A stretch of DNA of 64,000 nucleotides from a virus. Position 1 is the stretch's first letter; the number at the start of each line of letters is the position of its first letter. Position numbers and translations under genes: made by a program. The stretch spans positions 32,001 to 96,000 of the IMG/VR virus record IMGVR_UViG_3300031957_002411, one strand, 5' to 3'. Shown here one piece after another: positions 10,177-20,155 of the stretch. The notes under the pieces were generated by a model, which worked only from the letters and a program-made list of their open reading frames with translations, did no database searches and was not told the DNA's origin.

Positions 10177-11043
10177 ATGATAAAAAAAGATAATAAATTA
10201 CTGACGATAGGAATGGCTACCTACGATGATTATGACGGTTTGTATTTTTCAATACAGAGTTTACAGTTATATCATCCAATCGCTAGAAGTGATGATGTAG
10301 AAATACTAGTTATCGACAATAATCCAGACAGTGAACACGGAAAAGCGACTAAGAATTTAGTAGAAGGATGGATAAAAAACGGACGATATATACCATTTAC
10401 AGCAAGAAAAACAACAGCTTGTAGAAATGAGATTTTCAGGAATGCAAGGGGCAGATATACAATATCTATGGATTCTCATGTTCTGTTCATGAAAAATTCA
10501 TTAGAATCCTTGATACAGTATTACGGAATGAATCCTAATTGTAAAGACATAGTTCAAGGACCACTAATTTATGATGACTTAAAACTGGCTTCAACTCATT
10601 TCAAAAAAGATTGGGGTGGTGACATGTATGGTAAATGGGCTACAGATAAAGAAGGTTTAGCGACTAATAAGCCTTTCCCCATACCAATGCAAGGATTAGG
10701 TGTATTCTCTTGTGAGACGCATAATTGGAGAGGTTTTAATAAATATTTTAGAGGATTTGGTGGAGAAGAAGGATATATTCATGAAAAATTTAGAATGATG
10801 GGCGGCAGGGCCATATGTTTACCGCAATTTAAGTGGCTTCACAGATTTGGAAGACCCGGAGGTGTTCCTTATCCACTAAAAATAGAAGATAGAATATGGA
10901 ACTATTTTATAGGATGGTTAGAACTGTATCAGGATGAAAATCATCAAATGATACAAGACATTTATAATTATTTTAAAACTCGTATTCCTGTGCAGACTTT
11001 AGACAATATTCTAAATGAAGCTAAAGAAAAAATGTTAATTTAA
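10177..11043 (+). CDS. glycosyltransferase family 2
   Basis: LTIGMATYD, VIDNN, MDSH, GFGGEE. Confidence 0.8.
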   Translation: MIKKDNKLLTIGMATYDDYDGLYFSIQSLQLYHPIARSDDVEILVIDNNPDSEHGKATKNLVEGWIKNGRYIPFTARKTTACRNEIFRNARGRYTISMDSHVLFMKNSLESLIQYYGMNPNCKDIVQGPLIYDDLKLASTHFKKDWGGDMYGKWATDKEGLATNKPFPIPMQGLGVFSCETHNWRGFNKYFRGFGGEEGYIHEKFRMMGGRAICLPQFKWLHRFGRPGGVPYPLKIEDRIWNYFIGWLELYQDENHQMIQDIYNYFKTRIPVQTLDNILNEAKEKMLI

Positions 11044-11053
11044 GGAGAATAAA

Positions 11054-11899
11054 ATGCCCACACCTAAACGTGGAAAAGAAGAAGATCGCAATAAATTCAT
11101 GTCCAGATGTATGCGTGATCCTAACATGAAAGAAGATTACAAGGAAGGCAATCAAAGAGTTGCTGTATGCCTAAATCAAGCTACAGAGGGTATGGATTTG
11201 ATTCAAAAAGCAGACTTTGAGAAACAAGTTAAAGAATATGGATATGCGGAAGAACTTGATGAAAACAATTTTTACGTTCCAGCAGAAGCTGAATACGAAG
11301 ATTTTGGGGAACCAGAAGAAGAATGGGACATTTCGATAGCAAAACCGGGACTTTGGGAAAATATTCGCAGAAAAAAAGAACGTGAAGGCAAGAACTATAA
11401 GCCAGCTAGAACTGAAAAAGAAGGTAGGCCCACACAAGAGCAACTTAAAAGAGCGCAATCAGAACCAAGCGAAAAGCAAAAAAAAGCTCTTGATAAAAAC
11501 AAAGATGGCAAGATCAGCAAGGAAGATTTTGAATTGCTACGTAAAGGTAAAAGTTCGTACAAGTATGAAGATCCAAAAACAGGACAAGTATTTACCTATA
11601 CAAGAAGAGGTAACTATAAAAATGGAGATACGCCCTTAATATATAAAGGTGAAGCAGCGGAATATCAGGGTAGAAAAGTTAAACTTGGTAAGCCATTCCT
11701 CACTCCAGACGGTCCTAAAAAAAGAAGCGTATATGTAAAGAATGATAAAGGTAACGTAGTCAAGGTAAACTTTGGCGATCCTAATATGGAAATTAAAAAG
11801 GATAATCCTGCAAGAAGGAAGTCTTTCAGGGCTAGACATAACTGCGATAACCCCGGACCACGCTGGAAAGCACGATACTGGTCCTGCAAAGCTTGGTAA
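11054..11899 (+). CDS. modular basic protein with EF-hand and C-terminal DUF6321-like domain
   Basis: EF-hand loop DKNKDGKISKED; C-terminal KVNFGD...RRKSFRARHNC...ARYWSC module familiar from marine phage hypothetical proteins. Confidence 0.7.
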   Translation: MPTPKRGKEEDRNKFMSRCMRDPNMKEDYKEGNQRVAVCLNQATEGMDLIQKADFEKQVKEYGYAEELDENNFYVPAEAEYEDFGEPEEEWDISIAKPGLWENIRRKKEREGKNYKPARTEKEGRPTQEQLKRAQSEPSEKQKKALDKNKDGKISKEDFELLRKGKSSYKYEDPKTGQVFTYTRRGNYKNGDTPLIYKGEAAEYQGRKVKLGKPFLTPDGPKKRSVYVKNDKGNVVKVNFGDPNMEIKKDNPARRKSFRARHNCDNPGPRWKARYWSCKAW

Positions 11900-11909
11900 G
11901 GAGTAAAAA

Positions 11910-12536
11910 ATGAAATACATTAACGATATAGACAAACAAATATGTAAATCTGACGAGGGCAATATGGCTAAGGGCCAGCTTATGAAAATCTCTAAGCAGG
12001 CTGGAGAGCTAGCTGAAAAAATACAAAGTGGTATGAATTTAGACGCTTGGGTACAAGACAAGATATCTAAAGCAGAACATTTTATTGAAGCGGCATATGA
12101 CTTCATGATGTACAGCGAAACAGAAGCGTCACAAACACAAGCAGACAAGCCGGGACCAAAAGATCCTAGAAGAACTCCTGCGCCTAAGAAAGATCAGAAA
12201 AAGGGCAGTAAGAAAAACAAGCCTGATAGTGCTAAAGATGATAAAGGTAAGATTAGCTTTAATCAAAGCACTACAAAAAGGCTACAGCAAAAAGTAAAAG
12301 AACATAACGCAAAGGGTAAGGGTAGCAAGGCAACGCTTGGTATGCTCAAGGCAGTGTACAGAAGAGGTGCTGGTGCATACTCTACTTCTCATGCGCCTAA
12401 AATGAGTAGAGATGGTTGGGCTATGGCTAGAGTAAACGCCTTTCTTACGCTACTCAGAACAGGTAGACCCTCTAACTCAGGTTATAAACAAGACAATGAC
12501 TTGTTGCCCAAGGGACATCCGAGAAGTTCAAAATGA
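11910..12536 (+). CDS. modular basic protein with DUF5824-like domain
   Basis: LKAVYRRGAGAY...SH...WAMARVNAFL; N-terminal EGNMAKGQL...LDAWVQDKI module. Confidence 0.65.
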   Translation: MKYINDIDKQICKSDEGNMAKGQLMKISKQAGELAEKIQSGMNLDAWVQDKISKAEHFIEAAYDFMMYSETEASQTQADKPGPKDPRRTPAPKKDQKKGSKKNKPDSAKDDKGKISFNQSTTKRLQQKVKEHNAKGKGSKATLGMLKAVYRRGAGAYSTSHAPKMSRDGWAMARVNAFLTLLRTGRPSNSGYKQDNDLLPKGHPRSSK

Positions 12537-12754
12537 CACTAAAGAAAAAATGGATCGAGCATTTAAGTGAAAATCATATGACCTACTGGGAACATTGGAA
12601 GTTTGCAGTGAGTCATGGGCTAACATGTGTAAAAGCTGGAATATACTTGTGTATACATGGCTTTTTCCCTTGTTGGTACAGAAAAGCCGGAACTAAACTA
12701 GTGCATAAATTAGAACAAGATTTTACTGAGAGAGAAAATGAGCTTAATAAATAA
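12533..12754 (+). CDS. small DUF6356-like protein
   Basis: HLSENHMTYWEHWKFA...IHGFFP pattern. Confidence 0.65.
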   Translation: MTLKKKWIEHLSENHMTYWEHWKFAVSHGLTCVKAGIYLCIHGFFPCWYRKAGTKLVHKLEQDFTERENELNK

Positions 12755-13442
12755 AGTATCTGCGATTATTGATAACAAAGTTCCACTGAAAGATCTTACA
12801 TATTCTCAACCATTTGTGTATGAATCAGGACAGGGTATACTTAGTATAAATTGGAAAAATATTCTACCAAAACCACCTGCTAATGACAGCATAACCACCA
12901 AAAAAGAACTAGATTTGGTCATTGAAGCAGCAGCTAATAGAAGTAATAAAGCTACTGAACTAGTATATAAAGTAGACGATGACCCTTTGCATTTATTCTA
13001 CGATTTTCTAGAAAAGAAGAAATTAGAATATAATAGAAGTCTGTTTGACGAATACTATAATATATTAGAGTCTTACATGTATGCTACAAAATATCATTAC
13101 AATAGACCTAGACCAGAGCAAATTGCACCTTATTACAATCAAGAAGTCAAAGTTATATATACATCTACGCATCAAACTCCAGCATATCCTAGTGGTCACA
13201 CAGCGTATGCAGCCTTAGCAGCACATATGTTATCTAAGAAATTTCCAGAATATAAAAAACAATTTTTCGACTTGGCAAAACAGGCTGGAACTGCTAGAAT
13301 ATTACAGGGGGTTCACTTTCCCTCTGATAATGTCGCTGGAATAACTCTCGCAAAATTTATATTTAAAGAGATTGAAAGGAAGGTCCAAGATGTCTCAAAA
13401 AGAACCAAAACGTATCCCTCTGACTACACCCGGACAACCTAA
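12738..13442 (+). CDS. PAP2 / class A acid phosphatase (vanadium haloperoxidase superfamily)
   Basis: Three PAP2 motifs: KYHYNRPRP, YPSGH, RILQGVHFPSD. Confidence 0.9.
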   Translation: MSLINKVSAIIDNKVPLKDLTYSQPFVYESGQGILSINWKNILPKPPANDSITTKKELDLVIEAAANRSNKATELVYKVDDDPLHLFYDFLEKKKLEYNRSLFDEYYNILESYMYATKYHYNRPRPEQIAPYYNQEVKVIYTSTHQTPAYPSGHTAYAALAAHMLSKKFPEYKKQFFDLAKQAGTARILQGVHFPSDNVAGITLAKFIFKEIERKVQDVSKRTKTYPSDYTRTT

Positions 13443-13488
13443 GCGTATAAAAGAACCTAAAAGAAGGCCGTTGCGACCAAAGAAATAA
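13390..13488 (+). CDS. 32-aa Lys/Arg/Pro-rich peptide (not in ORF track)
   Basis: MSQKEPKRIPLTTPGQPKRIKEPKRRPLRPKK*; AAGGAAGG RBS-like sequence upstream; fills the gap before the next gene. Confidence 0.55.
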   Translation: MSQKEPKRIPLTTPGQPKRIKEPKRRPLRPKK

Positions 13489-13516
13489 TTGATTTAGGAC
13501 TTCACAAGGAAACGAA

Positions 13517-14371
13517 ATGAACGTTGTACCCATACCACCTTCGTATAACGAAGATCAATCTCTATCACTAAAAGATACAGAATTTTACATTAAATTTCTA
13601 GAAGTAAATCATTGCCAAGCAGTGATGACTACCGCTGGAACCTCCCAGTTTAATCTACTGTCTATAGAGGAAATCAAGGAATTAAACTCATGTGTGTGTG
13701 ATTTTTCTGGTAAAAAGATTATTGGTTTACCACCTTTATCTCTTGTAAAAGTAATTGAATTTGTGAAATCCTGCACAGAGTCGGAAGATTCGCACTGGAT
13801 GGCATTGTACCCAGACAGATACTACGACGATGATTCTATTGTTGAATATTTTCTAAGGATTAGAGAGCATACTAACAAAGCTATTTATGTTCACGGTATG
13901 TTTACTAGATCTGGATACGGAGGTACTTGGAATTACACCGCTGATGTTTTGAATAAACTGTGGGATCAAGGCATTATATGTGGAATTAAAGAAGAACATA
14001 GCGACCTTGCCAAAGCATTCAATGTTCTAAATAAATGCCCTAAAAATCTAGATGTAATCGTAGCTGGAGGCAGTATGAGAAGACATCAGTTTTTAAAGAA
14101 CGCTGGAGCAAACTCTTTTCTTGCTGGCATTGGTAATATATTTCCTAGCATAGAACAGAAATATTGTGATGGTGTTGATATTGATAAATGCTTGCAAAAA
14201 GAAAGTACGTTGTTTAGTACATTCGGAAAGTATGGTTGGCACAGATCTCTAAGAATAGGTCTTGCTCTATCTAATCTTTGTTGTTATAATGATAGAATGC
14301 CATATCCAAAGAGAGACACAGAAGTTGTCAACGCAATAAAGAAAGTTTTGGAGAAGATATCAAATGTATAA
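13517..14371 (+). CDS. DapA/NanA-family class I aldolase
   Basis: TAGTSQFNLLS, Schiff-base GIKEE, TIM-barrel size. Confidence 0.8.
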   Translation: MNVVPIPPSYNEDQSLSLKDTEFYIKFLEVNHCQAVMTTAGTSQFNLLSIEEIKELNSCVCDFSGKKIIGLPPLSLVKVIEFVKSCTESEDSHWMALYPDRYYDDDSIVEYFLRIREHTNKAIYVHGMFTRSGYGGTWNYTADVLNKLWDQGIICGIKEEHSDLAKAFNVLNKCPKNLDVIVAGGSMRRHQFLKNAGANSFLAGIGNIFPSIEQKYCDGVDIDKCLQKESTLFSTFGKYGWHRSLRIGLALSNLCCYNDRMPYPKRDTEVVNAIKKVLEKISNV

Positions 14372-15167
14372 AACTTGGATATTGGGACCATGCTCTATAG
14401 AGTCGGAAGCATTGTTTTTCGAGTGTCTTGCTGAAATCAACTCAATTATGGATACTAGAACTGTTCATAGAGAATCCGATGATACATGGTACATGAAAGC
14501 TAGTTTTGATAAGGCAAATAGGACATCCTTACATGGTGGTCGTGGTCCGGGTCTGGAAGAAGCTTTAAAAATATGGGCTGCTGCAAAAGAGAAATACCCA
14601 AAAGTTAAATTTACAACAGATGTGCATGAGTGCCATCAAGTAGAAAAACTAAAGGGTGTTATTGATGTAGTGCAAATACCAGCATTTTTGTCGCGTCAGA
14701 CTGATCTTATTGTAGAGTGTGCTAAACACTTTGATGTTGTCAATATTAAAAAAGGTCAATGGCTTGGTCCAAATAACCTTAAAGCTTCTGTAGATAAGAT
14801 TAAAGAAACAAACGATAAGTGTCAAGCTTGGGTTTGTGACAGAGGATCAAACTTTGGTTATCATGATTTGTTTGTAAACTTTGGAATTGTAGACGAACTC
14901 AAAAAGTGTTATGACAAAGTAATCCTTGATTGCACACATTCAACCCAAAGATCCAGAGAAGTGTATGGCGTACAAGGCGATCCAGTATTAGCTGAGAGAT
15001 ACTTTTTAGCTGCTGATATTTTTAATTACGATGGAGTTTTTGCAGAGGTTCATCCTAGACCAAAAGAGTCTGTGTCAGATGGAGAATGTCTTATTGATCT
15101 TGAACGACTTCGTTCTTTAGTTATAGAGGCTAAATCTATTAAAAGATTGAGAGAAAAATTACGATGA
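14364..15167 (+). CDS. kdsA: KDO8P synthase (3-deoxy-D-manno-octulosonate 8-phosphate synthase)-like
   Basis: GPCSIES, KASFDKANRTS, TTDVHE, QIPAFLSRQTDL, NIKKGQ, DCTHS, EVHP, SDG. Confidence 0.93.
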   Translation: MYKTWILGPCSIESEALFFECLAEINSIMDTRTVHRESDDTWYMKASFDKANRTSLHGGRGPGLEEALKIWAAAKEKYPKVKFTTDVHECHQVEKLKGVIDVVQIPAFLSRQTDLIVECAKHFDVVNIKKGQWLGPNNLKASVDKIKETNDKCQAWVCDRGSNFGYHDLFVNFGIVDELKKCYDKVILDCTHSTQRSREVYGVQGDPVLAERYFLAADIFNYDGVFAEVHPRPKESVSDGECLIDLERLRSLVIEAKSIKRLREKLR

Positions 15168-15838
15168 TAATGCAAACTCTTTTACACACCAATCCTATAG
15201 AGGACATGAAAGATGTGCTAGTAGAAGACGGTGTTTTTAAGATTGATAATTACATTTCTGATACAACTCTACAAGAATTATACGACGATGTGCTACAAAG
15301 ATGCACTACTGAGGCCGGTCATTATGAGTTTGGAAGAAACTACAGGGGTGGAGACTTATCAACATATAATAAGTCAAATATAATTCATAGAGTATACAAT
15401 GCGGAATGGATGAGAAAACTACATGATTTGTACACTGGTAGGCCACAGACATATGGAATGAACGTATTTGCTACGCATGATTATAAATACGATGGAGAGC
15501 TAGCTAGAAATGGTTGGCTACACTTCGATAGACATTGGAGGCTAAAGTTTTTTCTGTACCTTACCGATATAGACGTTAGTTCAGGTGCATTTAGTTGTTC
15601 AGTTGGTTCTAGATTTGCTGGATCAGTGCTTAGAGAAAAAGCTTGGCAGCAACCTAAATATGAAGACGTAAAAAATAGGATAGAGCTAGATTATCCAGAT
15701 TTAATTGATAAATATCCAGCAGAACCAGTTGAGGGCAAAGCTGGAACTTTAATAGTATTTGATACGGACACTTTCCATAAGGGTGGCAAGTGCGAAGATG
15801 GAAAAGAAAGACTAATCGTGAGGTTGCATTGTGGATAA
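15164..15838 (+). CDS. PhyH-like 2OG-Fe(II) dioxygenase
   Basis: HFD, FLYLTD, GKAGTLIVFDTDTFHKGG, R. Confidence 0.8.
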   Translation: MIMQTLLHTNPIEDMKDVLVEDGVFKIDNYISDTTLQELYDDVLQRCTTEAGHYEFGRNYRGGDLSTYNKSNIIHRVYNAEWMRKLHDLYTGRPQTYGMNVFATHDYKYDGELARNGWLHFDRHWRLKFFLYLTDIDVSSGAFSCSVGSRFAGSVLREKAWQQPKYEDVKNRIELDYPDLIDKYPAEPVEGKAGTLIVFDTDTFHKGGKCEDGKERLIVRLHCG

Positions 15839-17000
15839 AGTTAAATTTCTTGATTTAGGCAAACAACCTATAGCAAATAGATTTTTAAGTAAAGATGATT
15901 TTGAGAATGAATTTTTCTATAATCTTCAAGTTGGCGTAGACAAAGAAACAATGCTAGTTACACACATGAACTATGTAGATGCACCACTTATGTTCAATGA
16001 CAACTATGCATATAGGGGTTCAATGTCAAAGACTATGGTTAATCATTTTCAGAGTTTTAGTTCATTGATCAGAACATCCTTAAAACCTGAAGCAAAGATT
16101 TTAGAAATAGGTAGCAATGACGGAGTGTTCCTAAAAAATTGGCATACAGATAATACTATTGCTGTAGAGCCTTGTGGTAACTTTGCAAAAGAAACAAATG
16201 ATTTAGGATATAAAACATATGATGAATTTTGGACAGAGGATTTAGCAGAAAGAATAGTAGAAGAACACGGTCAGATGGACTTTATTTTTTCAGCTAATTG
16301 TATGTGTCACATACCAGATTTAGACCAAACTTTTAACGCTATAGTAAAAGTCATGGATCATAATGGTATATTTGTGTTTGAAGACCCATCATTATTACAA
16401 ATGATTTGTTTAAATTCATATGATCAAATATACGATGAACACCCACATGTATTTTCAATAACATCTTTAGATAGAATATTAAGAAAACATGGACTATTTA
16501 TAATTAAAGTAGAAAATACTACAGTGCATGGTGGATCAAATAGAGTATGGGTTCAGAAAAAACATGCAAATAGGGATAGAACAGTAGAAGATAATCTCAA
16601 TGCAGAAAGAGTAATGGGGCTTTGTGATATGTCTACTTATGATAAATTCGCTGAGTCTGTAGACAAGTCAAAAAATGATTTAGTAAATCTGTTGAAAAGA
16701 TGTAAAGCTGATGGTAATAAAGTTATATCATACGGCGCAACTTCAAAATCAACTACTGTATTTAATTACTGCAATATTGGAACTAATCTTATTGACTATA
16801 TTACAGACACTACCCCTGAAAAACAAGGACTTTATTCTCCCGGTATGCACATACCAATTATACCACCGGAGCAGGGAGTTGATAAAACAGTAGACTTTGC
16901 TTATTTAGGTGCTTGGAATTTTGCTCAAGAAATACAAGAAAAAGAAAAGAACTTTCATGGGAAATTTATAACACATGTACCTACAGTAAGGATATTATGA
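15831..17000 (+). CDS. NDP-hexose C-methyltransferase
   Basis: LDLGKQPIAN, LEIGSNDG, YDEHPHVFS, HGGSNR, YGATSKS, KQGLYSPGMHIPI, AWNF. Confidence 0.9.
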   Translation: MDKVKFLDLGKQPIANRFLSKDDFENEFFYNLQVGVDKETMLVTHMNYVDAPLMFNDNYAYRGSMSKTMVNHFQSFSSLIRTSLKPEAKILEIGSNDGVFLKNWHTDNTIAVEPCGNFAKETNDLGYKTYDEFWTEDLAERIVEEHGQMDFIFSANCMCHIPDLDQTFNAIVKVMDHNGIFVFEDPSLLQMICLNSYDQIYDEHPHVFSITSLDRILRKHGLFIIKVENTTVHGGSNRVWVQKKHANRDRTVEDNLNAERVMGLCDMSTYDKFAESVDKSKNDLVNLLKRCKADGNKVISYGATSKSTTVFNYCNIGTNLIDYITDTTPEKQGLYSPGMHIPIIPPEQGVDKTVDFAYLGAWNFAQEIQEKEKNFHGKFITHVPTVRIL

Positions 17001-17398
17001 ATTATCACGAAGACGATAGGGGTCAAAGATTATTTGATCTGTTTCCAGAACTTAATGGTCAAGTAAATATTACCTATGTAAACTCAACAAGCCATGTTGT
17101 AGCTTGGCATAGACACGAAATACAAACTGATTATTGGTTTTGCCCAAAGGGTTCTTTTAAGGTTGGTTTAGGATATGAAAGAGATGATGGTACGGTAGAT
17201 GTAGATGTAGTTTGGCATTATATATCAGACAAGAACCATCGTGTCCTTGAAATACCTCCGGGCGTGTGGCACGGATATAAAGCTTTACAACCAGAATCAA
17301 TTATGTTATACTACCTTACAGAAAAATATAATTTTGCAGATGAAGAAAAAGTTTTACCCGGAGCGTTCCACGAAGATTGGAACACAATAAGTCAATGA
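16997..17398 (+). CDS. rmlC: dTDP-4-dehydrorhamnose 3,5-epimerase-like cupin
   Basis: EDDRG, AWHRH, IPPGVWHGYKAL; start moved to ATG 16997. Confidence 0.8.
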   Translation: MNYHEDDRGQRLFDLFPELNGQVNITYVNSTSHVVAWHRHEIQTDYWFCPKGSFKVGLGYERDDGTVDVDVVWHYISDKNHRVLEIPPGVWHGYKALQPESIMLYYLTEKYNFADEEKVLPGAFHEDWNTISQ

Positions 17399-17847
17399 AG
17401 ACTAAATATGGACTACCAACAGTTCAAGATATAAAGATTATTAGCTTTCCACTCAATATTACTACGTTGGGTAACGGTCAAAATGCTGGTCATCTAGTGG
17501 CAATTAATATGCCTGAATTGCCTTTTATTCCTAAAAGGATGTTTCATGTGTCAAATGTTCAGCATAGATTTGATCGAGGTAGACATGCACATTATGATAC
17601 TACTCAATTGATAACGTGTGTAAGCGGTAGCGTTAAGCTAACTTTGAAAGATGGAATAGGTGGCGTTGTGTCTTTCAATCTATCACAACCTCAAACTGCC
17701 ATCCTTGTACCTAGAATGATATGGGATGAAGTGAATTACGCTGACTCTCAATCTACTTTATTGGTTTTTAGTGACACAGAGTACGATCCAGAAGATTACA
17801 TTATCAGTTGGGATAAATATATAAATGAATATAATAAAACCTCATGA
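17395..17847 (+). CDS. FdtA/QdtA-family sugar 3,4-ketoisomerase cupin
   Basis: PFIPKRMF, RGRHAH, VPRMIW, LLVFSDTEYDPEDYI. Confidence 0.85.
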   Translation: MKTKYGLPTVQDIKIISFPLNITTLGNGQNAGHLVAINMPELPFIPKRMFHVSNVQHRFDRGRHAHYDTTQLITCVSGSVKLTLKDGIGGVVSFNLSQPQTAILVPRMIWDEVNYADSQSTLLVFSDTEYDPEDYIISWDKYINEYNKTS

Positions 17848-18472
17848 AAACTTTGATGCTTGGTATATTGACAATTTTGTACCATCAAGCGGATTAGTTA
17901 GAGCAGCAGCAGAAAGTTTTGATAGACTAGCACCTGAGTGGTGGGTCTCATATGGCGATGAAGGACAGATAGGTAAATGTTCTCCCGCATCTATACAGTC
18001 AATTACGCATGAGTGCTTAGTGGTAATGGACTACATAGCGACACATTTTGACACCACTGCGATAAATAAGAAAGACAAAACTTTCCCAGATTTAACTGGT
18101 TACGGTGGTGGTATGATGGTGACACCAAATAAAAATGGTGAAGGAGGGTTTCTTGGTATGCACATAGATGCTCAAACTCACAAGCTTCACACAAACTGGA
18201 AGAGAGAATACAGTGTAGTTCTTGGTTTATCAGAAGACTATGATTCTTCGTTCGATCTAAGATTGCACAATGGAGAGCAACATTGCAGATTACCTTACAA
18301 ATTCAATAGACTAAATATATTTAAGTTTCATGAAAACTCTTGGCATGGATTTCCAGAGATTACAAAAGGTAAAGACAGGAAAACTATTGGCCTAATGTAT
18401 TGGTCTATAACAGATGAGGAAATGTCTTTTACTAAAGCTAGATTTAATAGGGAACTAAATTTTAATGAATGA
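17825..18472 (+). CDS. 2OG-Fe(II) oxygenase
   Basis: GGG, GGFLGMHID, KFNRLNIF, SWHGFP, RKTI. Confidence 0.82.
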   Translation: MNIIKPHENFDAWYIDNFVPSSGLVRAAAESFDRLAPEWWVSYGDEGQIGKCSPASIQSITHECLVVMDYIATHFDTTAINKKDKTFPDLTGYGGGMMVTPNKNGEGGFLGMHIDAQTHKLHTNWKREYSVVLGLSEDYDSSFDLRLHNGEQHCRLPYKFNRLNIFKFHENSWHGFPEITKGKDRKTIGLMYWSITDEEMSFTKARFNRELNFNE

Positions 18473-19454
18473 TGTTTGCTTACTAGTCACAGTTAGGACA
18501 AGAAGAGATAATATACCAAAACTATGTGGTTACTACAAAGACTTTCCTTGTAGAAAAATATTATCAGATAATTACGACACACCATATGAAGATATCGAAC
18601 TAATTAAAGAGTGTGGATTTGAGTATATACATAGTGATCCTAGCAAATGGTGGTGGGATATCCTAGCAGATATTTCTTTAAGTATTGAACAAAAGTACAT
18701 GATACAAGTAGCAGACGATGATAGAATATTAAAATCAGGTCTGATAAAAAGTTTAGATTTGTTAAGACAAAATGAAGATATGGTCACATGCGATGGTGGT
18801 CAACTAGGATTTAATGTGGCACATAATCCAGATATTTCAAGAGTTACTGTAAAAAACTTAGGAAGTGGTTCGTATTACAAACAAAATACAATGAACCCTG
18901 ATTCGCGGCAACGATTAATAAATTTTTATTTTCATAATTACTATGATATCATACATTCAGTTCATAAAACTGAAGTACATGCTAGAGTATATGATTTCTT
19001 AAGAAGTAGTGGCGCAAGGAAATCCCTAAACGCAGAGGGGAATTTTTTCACAATTATGGCTCTAGATGCAGGCAAAAAGGGTTCTGTTGCTCCATATGCA
19101 ATGTTAGTTAGAAATACAAACACAAAAGACAGAGAAATAGAAATGGGTCATGAAAGGAAGTTGTATGAATTACTTGGTTGGAATTTAGATTCAGAATTTA
19201 CTGAGAAAAAACAAAATTTGGTAGAATTATCTGAAATTGTTCTAAAAGATACTTTACTTTTAGATAAAGATCAAAATACTGTAGATAAAATTGATTTTCT
19301 ACATGGACTGACAACTGCCTATATTAAATTCTGGAGAAGAGATATACATAGTAAGAGATTTACTCCGTGTCCTGATAGACGTTTAGATTTCAACGAATAT
19401 ATGCACGAAAGTCAAGTTACAGAAATATCTAACTGTATAAGGAATATGAAGTGA
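18465..19454 (+). CDS. GT2-fold glycosyltransferase (TIGR00180-like)
   Basis: ADDD DxD motif, HSVHKTE; paralog-like to 20754..21761. Confidence 0.6.
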   Translation: MNDVCLLVTVRTRRDNIPKLCGYYKDFPCRKILSDNYDTPYEDIELIKECGFEYIHSDPSKWWWDILADISLSIEQKYMIQVADDDRILKSGLIKSLDLLRQNEDMVTCDGGQLGFNVAHNPDISRVTVKNLGSGSYYKQNTMNPDSRQRLINFYFHNYYDIIHSVHKTEVHARVYDFLRSSGARKSLNAEGNFFTIMALDAGKKGSVAPYAMLVRNTNTKDREIEMGHERKLYELLGWNLDSEFTEKKQNLVELSEIVLKDTLLLDKDQNTVDKIDFLHGLTTAYIKFWRRDIHSKRFTPCPDRRLDFNEYMHESQVTEISNCIRNMK

Positions 19455-20155
19455 GATTACTAGTATCTGGTGGGAATGGCAAATTTTGCAATAAACTTAT
19501 ACAAAAAAATAAAGATCATGAAATATTTGCGCCTGATAGATATGACATGGATATTACTAATATTAATTCTGTAAAAAGCAATATTAGTAAATTCAAACCA
19601 GATATATTTTTACACGCAGCAGCACTGACTAGACCAATGGTTAACCATGTAGACAGGCCACACATAAGTATAAAAACTAATATTATTGGTACTGGAAATG
19701 TCTGTTTAGCTTGCATGGAAAGTAATCTAAAACTAGTCTATATTTCTACTGATTATGTATATCCCGGCACGAAAGGTGATTATAGAGAAGATGATCCCCT
19801 TTTACCAGTAAATGAGTACGCTTGGTCTAAATTGGGTGGAGAATGTGCTGTGCATTTATACAAAAATTCACTTATAATTAGGACTTGTATGACAGAAAAA
19901 CCCTTTGTGCATACCCACGCATTAGTAGATTGTAAAAAAAGCATGATTTATATTGACGATGCAGCAGAAATATGCTTGAAAATTTTAGGCCAAACGGGTA
20001 TCATTAATTTAGGCGGGTCTCCTACTTCTCCTTACGAATTTGTAAAAAAAGATAATAAAGACATAGGGAAGATATATATGGAAGACGTATCAGATGTTGA
20101 TATGGCTGAAGATAGTACGATGAATATAGACAAGCTAAAAAAGGCATTGACATGA
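19451..20155 (+). CDS. rmlD: dTDP-4-dehydrorhamnose reductase
   Basis: GGNG, HAAALT, YISTDYVY, YAWSKLGGE. Confidence 0.88.
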   Translation: MRLLVSGGNGKFCNKLIQKNKDHEIFAPDRYDMDITNINSVKSNISKFKPDIFLHAAALTRPMVNHVDRPHISIKTNIIGTGNVCLACMESNLKLVYISTDYVYPGTKGDYREDDPLLPVNEYAWSKLGGECAVHLYKNSLIIRTCMTEKPFVHTHALVDCKKSMIYIDDAAEICLKILGQTGIINLGGSPTSPYEFVKKDNKDIGKIYMEDVSDVDMAEDSTMNIDKLKKALT

